A DNA stretch of 34,487 nt. Origin: Chlamydiota bacterium. Lineage in GTDB: Bacteria; Chlamydiota; Chlamydiia; Chlamydiales; SM23-39. Numbering within the stretch: position 1 is the first letter of the stretch; the number at the start of each line of letters is the position of its first letter. The notes below the pieces were generated by a model, which did not search any database, was not told the DNA's origin, and saw nothing but the letters and a program-made list of their open reading frames with translations. The position numbers and the translations under genes are program-made. Of this stretch, positions 1 through 8,042 are shown one piece after another. The stretch lies in assembly GCA_050049995.1 (NCBI GenBank), contig JASFVE010000009.1:1-34487 (forward strand), read 5' to 3'.

Positions 1-479
1 AGCCTTTGCAATCCTTTTATACTGTAAAATTCAGGTGTTACACATACTAAAGAATAGCTAGCTGCAATTAAGGCTGATTCAGTAAGCCAGCACAGCGAAG
101 GAGGAGTATCGATGAAGACATAATCATATTCCAATGGATTTAAAATTTCTTTGAGACGCTCATGGGAGTATCGGTCTGCTGCAAGAGCCCCAGTAACCTC
201 AACTCTTTCTAACCAAGTGTCGGCAGGCACAATATCCAAATTTTTAAGGCAAGTGGGCATGATGACATCTTCGACGTGCTTTTCTCCTTGAAGAACAGGA
301 GCCATGCTGTCCTGTTCATCAGGGTCAAACCCAAGGCCTGTCGTTAAGTTTGCTTGTGCATCAAAATCAATGAGAAGAACTTTTTTCTTGTGAAATTTTA
401 CAAGAGCAGATCCGATGTGCAAAGAAGTAGATGTTTTAGCAGTTCCACCCTTAAAGCTACTTACTGCGATGATCTGCAT
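1..479 (-). CDS. parA: ParA/MinD-family ATPase (chlamydial Pgp5-like), 3' end outside the window
   Basis: Not in the ORF track; manual translation from ATG at 479 gives MQIIAVSSFKGGTAKTSTSLHIG...LLIDFDAQANLTTGLG...YDYVFIDTPPSL, i.e. a deviant Walker A (KGGTAKT), DxDxQxN and DTPP motifs. AAGGAG RBS upstream; directly downstream of thrS as in other chlamydiae. Confidence 0.93.
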   Translation of the reverse strand, partial: MQIIAVSSFKGGTAKTSTSLHIGSALVKFHKKKVLLIDFDAQANLTTGLGFDPDEQDSMAPVLQGEKHVEDVIMPTCLKNLDIVPADTWLERVEVTGALAADRYSHERLKEILNPLEYDYVFIDTPPSLCWLTESALIAASYSLVCVTPEFYSIKGLQR

Positions 480-498
480 GTCTTATTCTCCTTATTTT

Positions 499-2424
499 TT
501 AAGTTGAGGAAGTGCTCATGGAAAAAGGAGACATTAACTCCTTACTTGCATTTTCCTCTTTAATTCGATTTAGAAACTCAAGAGTAGCCATTTCTCCATG
601 AACAACATTGTCACGAGTTCTAAGAGCTATCGTTTTATTTTCCAGCTCTTTATCGCCTACCGTTAAAATATAGTTTGTTTTCAGTAGCTGCGCATTGCGC
701 ACTTTTTTACTAATAGATTCATTAGCATCATCGACAGTGCAAATAAATCCTTCTTTTTGTATTTGTTCTTTTACTTCATAAGCATATTCACAGTGCCGGT
801 CAGCAACTGGCAATATTGTTACTTGATAAGGGGAGAGCCAAAAAGGAAATTTTCCGGAAAAATGTTCTATTAAAATACCAAAAAATCTCTCAATAGATCC
901 AAAAAGAGCTCTATGTATCATAACTGGACGCTTATGTTCACCATCCGCATCAACATATTCAAGTTCAAATTTTTCTGGAAGAGACAAATCTAATTGAATC
1001 GTTCCACACTGCCAGAATCTGCCAATGGCATCCCTAATATGAATATCAATTTTAGGACCGTAAAAAGCACCATCGCCTTCATTGATTTTATAAGAATGAC
1101 CTGAGTCATCTAATGCGCTTTTTAATCCGTTAGTAGCAATTTCCCAGTCTTCGTCTGTTCCCATAGACTTTTCAGGTCTAGTAGAAAGCTCTAATTTATA
1201 AGAAAGGCCAAAAGTCATGTAGATTTTATCAGCTAAGCGAAGAATAGATAAAATTTCATCTCGAATCATGTCTCCACGCATAAATACATGAGCGTCGTCT
1301 TGATGAAAGCTTCTTACTCTAAATAATCCATTTAAAGCACCTGATGGCTCATATCTATGAACATGCCCAATTTCAGCGACTCTTAAAGGGAACTCTCGAT
1401 AGCTGTGTGTATTAGATTTATAATAAAGCATTCCGCCAGGACAGTTCATCGGCTTTATAGCAAAGTCTCTTTCTTCAATCTGAGAGGTATACATATTTTC
1501 CCTATAATGAGACCAGTGACCAGATTTTTCCCATAACTCTTTTGTCATCATTGTAGGAGTTTTAATCTCAATGTAATTGGCTTCTAAAAGGCATGATCTC
1601 AAGTAGTCGATGAGTTTATTCCAAACGAGCATTCCATGGTGGTGGATAAAGGGCATTCCTGGTGCCTCTTCTTTGAAAGAAAACAGATCTAATTTAGGCC
1701 CTAAAACTTTATGGTCTCTTTTTTTAGCTTCTTCCACCATTTGAAGATATTCTTTTAAACTTTTTCTATCAGGAAAAGAAATACCATAAACTCTTGTTAA
1801 CATTTCATTATTCTGATCACCCTTCCAATAAGCACCAGAAGTCTTTAAAACTTTAAAAGCTTTTATCTTTCCGAGATTTGGAAGGTGGGGCCCTCTACAA
1901 AGATCTATAAATTCCCCTTGTTTATAGGCGCTAATAGTTCCCTCTTCAAACCCATTAATAAGCTCTACTTTATATTTATTAGAGGAGAATGCTTTAAGTG
2001 CTTCTTGCTTATTTTTAAACTCGGATCTTTCGGGTTTGTAATTTTCCTTAATAATTTTTTCAATTTCTTTTTCGATTTTTTCAAAATCATGCTCTGAAAT
2101 TTCAAGATCTGCAAAATCATAGTAAAAACCATTTTCAATAGGAGGTCCAATAGTTGGTTTAGCGTTGGGAAAAAGTCGAAGTATTGCTTGGGCTAGTACA
2201 TGAGCTGAGGTATGCCAAAAGATTTCTTTTCCTTCACTTTCTTCAAATGACCATAAATGAATTTTATCTCCTTCAGTTAAGGAAGTTCTTAAATCCATAT
2301 TCTTGCCATTGAGTTCCATTCCTAGGGACTGATTGGGAGCATTTAAATTCATTTTTTCAGCCAATTCTTTGCCAGTTGCTCCTTCTGGCATCTCTATTTT
2401 TTGGTTATTTACAAAAATGTGCAT
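499..2424 (-). CDS. thrS: Threonyl-tRNA synthetase
   Basis: 641 aa; N-terminal TGS domain, HTSAHVLAQA and DLCRGPH editing motifs, KPMNCP, RVRSFHQDDAH, GAFYGPKID, HRALFGSIERF. Confidence 0.99.
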   Translation of the reverse strand: MHIFVNNQKIEMPEGATGKELAEKMNLNAPNQSLGMELNGKNMDLRTSLTEGDKIHLWSFEESEGKEIFWHTSAHVLAQAILRLFPNAKPTIGPPIENGFYYDFADLEISEHDFEKIEKEIEKIIKENYKPERSEFKNKQEALKAFSSNKYKVELINGFEEGTISAYKQGEFIDLCRGPHLPNLGKIKAFKVLKTSGAYWKGDQNNEMLTRVYGISFPDRKSLKEYLQMVEEAKKRDHKVLGPKLDLFSFKEEAPGMPFIHHHGMLVWNKLIDYLRSCLLEANYIEIKTPTMMTKELWEKSGHWSHYRENMYTSQIEERDFAIKPMNCPGGMLYYKSNTHSYREFPLRVAEIGHVHRYEPSGALNGLFRVRSFHQDDAHVFMRGDMIRDEILSILRLADKIYMTFGLSYKLELSTRPEKSMGTDEDWEIATNGLKSALDDSGHSYKINEGDGAFYGPKIDIHIRDAIGRFWQCGTIQLDLSLPEKFELEYVDADGEHKRPVMIHRALFGSIERFFGILIEHFSGKFPFWLSPYQVTILPVADRHCEYAYEVKEQIQKEGFICTVDDANESISKKVRNAQLLKTNYILTVGDKELENKTIALRTRDNVVHGEMATLEFLNRIKEENASKELMSPFSMSTSST

Positions 2425-2431
2425 ATGCTTG

Positions 2432-2460
2432 CTCTTATTTTTTGCTTACAAGAATAAGAG
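2432..2460 (-). promoter_or_regulatory. Hairpin in the thrS leader, candidate translational operator
   Basis: 8-bp inverted repeat CTCTTATT/AATAAGAG ending 7 nt before the thrS ATG; the loop on the minus strand begins CUUGUAA. Confidence 0.4.
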
Positions 2461-2576
2461 ATTTTACCTTAAGGCTCAACTTTCTTCCTAACCAAGAAGA
2501 AACATAGAGAAAAAAAGTTTTATCTGATAAATTTTTTATTTAATCAAATGTAAGTGGTTCCTTTAAAAAAAATACC

Positions 2577-3374
2577 ATGAAAGTATTAAAGCTATTTATT
2601 TTTTTCTTCCCCTTTACCTTCTTATTTTCTACTCCCATTAATAATCCAGCCCTTCCTGCTTTTATAAACTCAGGAGTCTTTTTTTCTAGTAAAAACCCGG
2701 TGAATGTTAGAGCAGGTTATGAAGGAAACTTTATTTCAGATGCAAGGTTAAAGCAAACATCTGGAAGCTCAGGAAGAGTGGATGATTTTAAAGTTAACGT
2801 GAATTCCGGCATTATCACTTTTAATATTATGGATTGGGTTGACCTTTTTGGGACTTTAGGATCTGGCAGAATAAAAACAGATTGGAGAATTACCCCTCCA
2901 GGAGGAGGAAACTTTCGGATAGAAACGGAGACTAGATATAAGTTCTCTTGGTCAAGTGGAGCCAAATTATTAATTTATAAATGGGAAAATACAGCTATTG
3001 GTATAAGTGGTAGGTATTTTTCTACCATTCCAGAGTTATCTTGGCTGACTATAGATGGAGAACCTGTATCTGTAGACGACGCCACCTTACGTTATAAAGA
3101 ATGGCAGATAGAGCTAGGGATCAGTCATCGAGTAGGCATATTTGTCCCTTACGCCGGAATAAAGTATTCAGATGCCTTTGCGAGAATAAGAAATTTAAGT
3201 CAAAATATTGACATCTCGGATGATGGATCTAATAACATCAACATGAAAAGAAAAGATCATGTAGGTGCTTTTTTAGGTGTCACTTTGACAAATGGTGAAA
3301 AATTTTTACTCAATATAGAAGCTAGGCTCGCAGATGAAGAAGCAGGCACGGTATCAGGCGAGATTCGCTTTTAA
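2577..3374 (+). CDS. Chlamydial MOMP/OmpA-like porin, short and cysteine-free
   Basis: Signal peptide followed by PINNPALP (cf. MOMP PVGNPAEP), DWVDLFGTLG, YKEWQIELGISHRVGIFVPYAGIKYS, IEARLADE, C-terminal EIRF. Confidence 0.88.
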   Translation: MKVLKLFIFFFPFTFLFSTPINNPALPAFINSGVFFSSKNPVNVRAGYEGNFISDARLKQTSGSSGRVDDFKVNVNSGIITFNIMDWVDLFGTLGSGRIKTDWRITPPGGGNFRIETETRYKFSWSSGAKLLIYKWENTAIGISGRYFSTIPELSWLTIDGEPVSVDDATLRYKEWQIELGISHRVGIFVPYAGIKYSDAFARIRNLSQNIDISDDGSNNINMKRKDHVGAFLGVTLTNGEKFLLNIEARLADEEAGTVSGEIRF

Positions 3375-4104
3375 TATAAAGTATTTTTTACTGTTACAAT
3401 GCTTTATGTTTTCACTTCAGGCATTTTCAGTTGGAAACCCTTCTAATCCTTCCCTTTTGCAAAAAGGAATCTTAATACCAGATACTTCATGGGTAAATGT
3501 TCGTTTAGGTGCAGAAGCTGAAGTTATCAAAGAAAAAAGACTTACGTTTAATTCCTTGCTAAACTCTTCTTTTGTAAGAGCTCGATATTATTCCGGTTCA
3601 TGTACACTCAATATAAAAGAAAGACTGGACCTAGGTTTTAATTTAGGGACATCAAGAGTAGATTTAAAAGCCGATTTTCAATCTGATCGTGATCTTGATA
3701 AAACCGATATAGGCTATCTTTTCAAAGCCTTTGCCAAACTCATCATATTTGAACTTCGAAACACAACATTGAGTTTTGATGCAAGATTTTCTCAGTCAAA
3801 AGGAGATACTTCTGAATTTTTACAAACCAATGATACTGCCTCTTTAAGATTGAAGCAATGGCAGGTAGCAGCTGGTCTTACTAAAAATTTTGGTATTTTT
3901 TTCCCTTACCTTGCTGGAACATATAATGATACTCAGTTAAAAATTAAGCCAACAGGTCTTAGAAACATTAGAGGTGAGCAAAAGGAAAAGCTCGGCTTAG
4001 TCGTTGGTATGACTCTTACCAATCATCTTTTTTTCATGTTTAATGCAGAAGGGCAGTTCTTCAGTGAAACATCTTTTAATTTATCGGGGGAGATTAGATT
4101 TTAA
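3334..4104 (+). CDS. Second MOMP/OmpA-like porin (tandem paralog); start codon uncertain
   Basis: SVGNPSNP after a hydrophobic leader, ERLDLGFNLG, KQWQVAAGL...FFPYLAG, and the same C-terminus SGEIRF as the upstream gene. The listed start overlaps the upstream gene by 41 nt. Confidence 0.85.
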   Translation: MKKQARYQARFAFNIKYFLLLQCFMFSLQAFSVGNPSNPSLLQKGILIPDTSWVNVRLGAEAEVIKEKRLTFNSLLNSSFVRARYYSGSCTLNIKERLDLGFNLGTSRVDLKADFQSDRDLDKTDIGYLFKAFAKLIIFELRNTTLSFDARFSQSKGDTSEFLQTNDTASLRLKQWQVAAGLTKNFGIFFPYLAGTYNDTQLKIKPTGLRNIRGEQKEKLGLVVGMTLTNHLFFMFNAEGQFFSETSFNLSGEIRF

Positions 4105-4129
4105 AGAAAAGGCCAGAGGAACCTCTGAC
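4103..4129 (-). terminator. Intrinsic terminator for the minus-strand small ORFs
   Basis: Minus strand reads GUCAGAG-GUUC-CUCUGGC then C-UUUUCUUU (7-bp stem with one G:U, followed by a U tract). Confidence 0.65.
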
Positions 4130-4244
4130 GTTACAACAAGATATAATTTAAGTCACTTAAAGGGGGAGGCCTCTAACTATTAAAGGCCTAGGTGTGAATA
4201 AAAAGATTTTTATAAAAAAGGGAATGAGACCTTAAGTCGTTACC

Positions 4245-4586
4245 TTAATTGCCAAAACGACTTTTAGCATAAGAGGCGACACTTCCAATAATACCAAAAA
4301 TACCTGTAAGCTTGGCTGAAAACTCTATGCCTTTTGATAAATGCATAGATTCAGGCCATCCATCATTATGAAAGTACAGATCCCAAGTAGCAATAACTGC
4401 AGTGTAGGTAAGTAAAAGATTACATGTGACATCAAAAATTCTTTTAGCACTGCAGTTTTGCCTTGCAATCCAATTAAATCGTCTATCATCAGTTGTAGTG
4501 ATTATTCTTTGTACTCCAGCATCATCGACCTGTATTGAAAAGCTAACAGAGTTATTTCCTGTTAAAGAAGGGGCTTCTGTCGTCAT
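4245..4586 (-). CDS. Hypothetical small membrane protein with two hydrophobic segments
   Basis: 113 aa; GGAG RBS upstream of ATG; Ser/Thr/Asn-rich N-terminus; hydrophobic segments LLLTYTAVIATW and LTGIFGIIGSVASY. Confidence 0.65.
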   Translation of the reverse strand: MTTEAPSLTGNNSVSFSIQVDDAGVQRIITTTDDRRFNWIARQNCSAKRIFDVTCNLLLTYTAVIATWDLYFHNDGWPESMHLSKGIEFSAKLTGIFGIIGSVASYAKSRFGN

Positions 4587-4631
4587 AATGTTTCTCCATG
4601 AATTAAGTTAATAAAAAACTTAAGATAACCG

Positions 4632-4874
4632 TTAATAGATGATTATCTCAGATAAGGACTTGAAGATCTTACTAATAAATAAAAAACATGAGCATCCAGA
4701 TAAAATAAATATCTCAAATAAAGTTCTAGAATTAACAGTAGTAATTTTCGAGTTAGTAACAACTATAACAATGAACAGCGCTGTAATAGTAGTTATTGTT
4801 AAGATTGCTTTTGTATTACATGGATTTTGTGGTATGAAAAATGAAGAAGAACTTTGGTGTAATTTTGGTACCAC
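4632..4874 (-). CDS. Hypothetical small membrane protein with two hydrophobic segments
   Basis: 80 aa; GTG start with GGAG RBS (ATGGAGAAA context shared with the neighbouring ORF); hydrophobic segments AILTITTITALFIVIVV and LFEIFILSGCSCFLFI. Confidence 0.55.
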   Translation of the reverse strand: MVPKLHQSSSSFFIPQNPCNTKAILTITTITALFIVIVVTNSKITTVNSRTLFEIFILSGCSCFLFISKIFKSLSEIIIY

Positions 4875-5026
4875 GGTATTTCTCCATAATAAAATTTTTT
4901 TTAGGGAATATTTCAGGATTGCATGTAATTGTCAATTGTCTTTGCGTTTTCTTTACAAAAAATTTATCCCCTACTAACCTAGATCGGTTCTAATTTCGAA
5001 AATTTCAACCTATAGGGGACAACGCT

Positions 5027-6265
5027 ATGCGGTATTGCCGCTTATTTTATATTGGAGTGATATCTTTTCTTACATTCCAGATTTTTGCGCAAGAAGTTGA
5101 TGTGCAATTTGAAGAAAAAAGAGAAGAAATTGACATGGATGCCCTTCGTAAGTGGATCCGTGATAAACGACTCATCACAACAAAAGAGATTGGTGGAGAC
5201 CTTTCTTTAAGTGGGGAGGTACGCACTGAATTCCAGAACTATGATGAAAAAAGAAATGGCATCAAACAAAGAGGACCGGGTGGAGCTACAAATCTAGCTG
5301 CACAGTCTTTTGATGTGGAAGTAGATCTGATCTTAGACTATCGAAGAGATCGCACCTGGAGTGCTGTTAAGCTCAAGTTTGATAATGACATGGGCATAGC
5401 AAGTGGAACAGTAAAGAACATAAAACTAGATAAAGCCTATTTTGGTGGAAGAGTAGTGGATGGAGATACATTTACTTTCGATATCGAACTTGGAAGGAGA
5501 AAGTTGATTAATGTATTTGAATCCAAACTAGAGTTTGGTTCTTTATTTGATGGTGTTTTATTTAAATTCAGTAAAGCATTCGAATCTATTGCAAACTTCT
5601 ACGTGTCAACAGGTGCTTTTGTCATTGATGAAAGAGTTGATCACTTTGGAGAAGTAATGGAGTTTGGTATGCTTCGCATAGCTGATACAGGACTTGTAAG
5701 TAAGCTTTCTTTTATTAACTGGAAGAAAAACAGTGCTACTACACCGCAAAAACTTCGCTATAACTATATGGTTACGCAGTTTTTACTTGCCTATCAGTAT
5801 ATGTCTAGTTACTTTAATAAATTTTTCAAATTTTATGCTGCTGGTTTGATTAACACTGCTGCAGATCGCTTACCTGTTACCAATAATCAAAAAGCCAATC
5901 TTGGTTGGTATGCAGGGATGTCTGTTGGCGTTGTTAGGAAAAAATATGATTGGGCTTTAGATGCTAATTTCCAATGGCTAGAAGCTCAGGCGGTGCCTGA
6001 TTTTGATTCAATTGGTATTGGGCGTGGAAATGCTCAAAGAGTTGGTCTATATACTACCAATATCAATGGTAGTGGAGCTCCAACTACTAGCGCAACGGCT
6101 GTAGGATCAGGTAATTACTATGGATTTGAAATAGATCTTCTCTATGCTATCACTGATAATTTGACATTAGAGCAGAATTTCAAACTATCTAATACACTAG
6201 ATAAAGACATTGGTCCTAATCTACAATACAGACAATACGAAGCGGAGTTTATTTACGCCTTTTAA
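5027..6265 (+). CDS. Outer-membrane beta-barrel protein / putative porin (resembles the chlamydial CT623-like family)
   Basis: Signal peptide, many alternating amphipathic beta-strands, C-terminal YEAEFIYAF barrel-assembly signature. The family assignment is from recollection only. Confidence 0.75.
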   Translation: MRYCRLFYIGVISFLTFQIFAQEVDVQFEEKREEIDMDALRKWIRDKRLITTKEIGGDLSLSGEVRTEFQNYDEKRNGIKQRGPGGATNLAAQSFDVEVDLILDYRRDRTWSAVKLKFDNDMGIASGTVKNIKLDKAYFGGRVVDGDTFTFDIELGRRKLINVFESKLEFGSLFDGVLFKFSKAFESIANFYVSTGAFVIDERVDHFGEVMEFGMLRIADTGLVSKLSFINWKKNSATTPQKLRYNYMVTQFLLAYQYMSSYFNKFFKFYAAGLINTAADRLPVTNNQKANLGWYAGMSVGVVRKKYDWALDANFQWLEAQAVPDFDSIGIGRGNAQRVGLYTTNINGSGAPTTSATAVGSGNYYGFEIDLLYAITDNLTLEQNFKLSNTLDKDIGPNLQYRQYEAEFIYAF

Positions 6266-6269
6266 TTGA

Positions 6270-7964
6270 TTATTTTTCTAAAAAAATACTCATGCTTTTT
6301 TGGTGTAAAAGCTTTTGAAGAGGAGATAGAGATATCTCCTCTTTTTTTGTATCAATAAATAATACCTGAGAGTGAAGTCTTCCAAAGACTGCCTTATAAG
6401 CAGTATAGATATCTTCTTTACTATAGGTTTTATCTAGAAAGAAAGCTATTTGGAAGTCTTTTTCATGGAACTTCTTAGCTTTTCTACACATTCGAATAAG
6501 AGTTTCTTTATGTCCGTGGCGGGTTGTCACCAGGCGAAAAGAGCTTAAAAAGCTATTAAAATAAGGAAAGCGAGAAAATCGTTTTCCAGGGACTAAAATT
6601 TTTAGCTTTTTAAAAAAAGGAAACAAGTAAAAAACATCTTTCCATTTCCCACTTTGGACAATTAAAATGTGGGTATGGCTTGGAAGCTTACTTTTAAGAA
6701 CGGTTGGTTGAAAACGAAAAATAAATTTTTCCACAAAATAAGGGAAAAAATAAGCGCCCATTCTTCCTGTTAAAAAAACACTGAATCCTAAAGTAATAAA
6801 GCTCATTAAAGCAAAACTTGTAGATGCTCGAAAACCTAATTGCTCGTTAAAAAAATAAATAAAAAGAGAAGCTATAAGAACTCCTGAAAAGCTTAAAAAA
6901 TTAGATGCTGCAATTACTTGCCCTCTTTTCTCATCTGGGCTTGCAATTTGTATAAACGAATCTAAGGGGATCAACATTAGCCCTCCAAAGACACCTAATA
7001 ACATTAAGGTAAGTACTACCATAAAAAATGAAGTAGAAAAGAAATGTAAGAAAAGAAGGAGGAAACTCAAGATAAAGGCAGAGATACAAGATATTCCAGG
7101 TTCCACATGATCTTTAGATAGTTTTCCAGCTAAAGTGGCTCCCAAGGCAATTCCTACAGCTGTCGTTAAGAATAGATACCCTCCTCCAGTTTCCGTTATT
7201 CCTAAGGACTGTATACCGAAAGGGATAATGTTCATTTGTACAAATCCCCCTAAAAATAAGAAGAAAGCAGAGCCTATGATTGCTGTAAAAAGGTGCCTCC
7301 TATTAGATGCCATTTTAAGTGTTTGGTAAATCTCGTAAATAAAAAAGGGGTTAATTTTTTTATGGGTATCTCTTGTGGGAGTCTTATGGATACCAATAGA
7401 AGTGAGCAATCCAATTATTGACATTGCTACGCAAAATAAAGAAACAATTACAAAGTTTCTATTGGTGACGTCTGTTAAAAAAGATGCCAGAAAAGTTCCA
7501 AATATTATGGCTAGGTAGGTAAAAGAAGCTAGTAAGCCATTTGCTTTGGAGACTTTTTTTTCTTCAACTAACTCGGGAATAATGCCAAACTTAGAAGGAC
7601 CAAAAGCTGCACTTTGCGTAGCCATAAGAAAAAGGAGAAAATAAGATCCAAACTCCCACTTAAAATAAATACTTATAGTACCAAGTGTCATGATGGCAAC
7701 TTCAGCAATTTTAGTACTTACTGTAATATTTCTTTTACTTAAGCGGTCTGCAAGTACCCCAGCTGCATTGGAAAAAAGCAAGAAAGGGACAACAAACACC
7801 ATTCCGGCAATTGCTAGAATAGAACTTGCTTCCTGCTCTCCTTTAACATTAATAAGTAGATAAACAATTAGTAGCTTGAATATATTATCATTGAGTGCTC
7901 CTAAAAACTGTGTAGCATTTAGGAAATACAGTGATCGAAAATCTGATTTGTTAAATAGTCCCAT
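6270..7964 (-). CDS. MFS transporter, LplT/Aas-type lysophospholipid transporter (chlamydial YgeD-like), with a C-terminal soluble domain
   Basis: TQFLGALNDNIFK, PFLLFSNAAGVLADR, QSAAFGPSKFGIIPE, about 12 TM helices. Start placed at Met31 of the tracked ORF (7964) because the 8054 start overlaps the divergent recC. Confidence 0.88.
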   Translation of the reverse strand: MGLFNKSDFRSLYFLNATQFLGALNDNIFKLLIVYLLINVKGEQEASSILAIAGMVFVVPFLLFSNAAGVLADRLSKRNITVSTKIAEVAIMTLGTISIYFKWEFGSYFLLFLMATQSAAFGPSKFGIIPELVEEKKVSKANGLLASFTYLAIIFGTFLASFLTDVTNRNFVIVSLFCVAMSIIGLLTSIGIHKTPTRDTHKKINPFFIYEIYQTLKMASNRRHLFTAIIGSAFFLFLGGFVQMNIIPFGIQSLGITETGGGYLFLTTAVGIALGATLAGKLSKDHVEPGISCISAFILSFLLLFLHFFSTSFFMVVLTLMLLGVFGGLMLIPLDSFIQIASPDEKRGQVIAASNFLSFSGVLIASLFIYFFNEQLGFRASTSFALMSFITLGFSVFLTGRMGAYFFPYFVEKFIFRFQPTVLKSKLPSHTHILIVQSGKWKDVFYLFPFFKKLKILVPGKRFSRFPYFNSFLSSFRLVTTRHGHKETLIRMCRKAKKFHEKDFQIAFFLDKTYSKEDIYTAYKAVFGRLHSQVLFIDTKKEEISLSPLQKLLHQKSMSIFLEK

Positions 7965-8042
7965 TCGAGTTAGAAAAGGTACTTTAAAATTACTACCAAG
8001 ATATCTTTGATCAGCAAAAAAATACAGCATTACATTTAAATT

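Noticed and set aside
354..563. Plus-strand 69-aa ORF
   Set aside because: Antisense to parA and thrS, which have clear motifs; a shadow ORF.
4639..4977. Plus-strand 112-aa ORF (and 4426..4611)
   Set aside because: Antisense to the minus-strand ORFs that have GGAG RBSs and a downstream terminator. Not strictly excluded.
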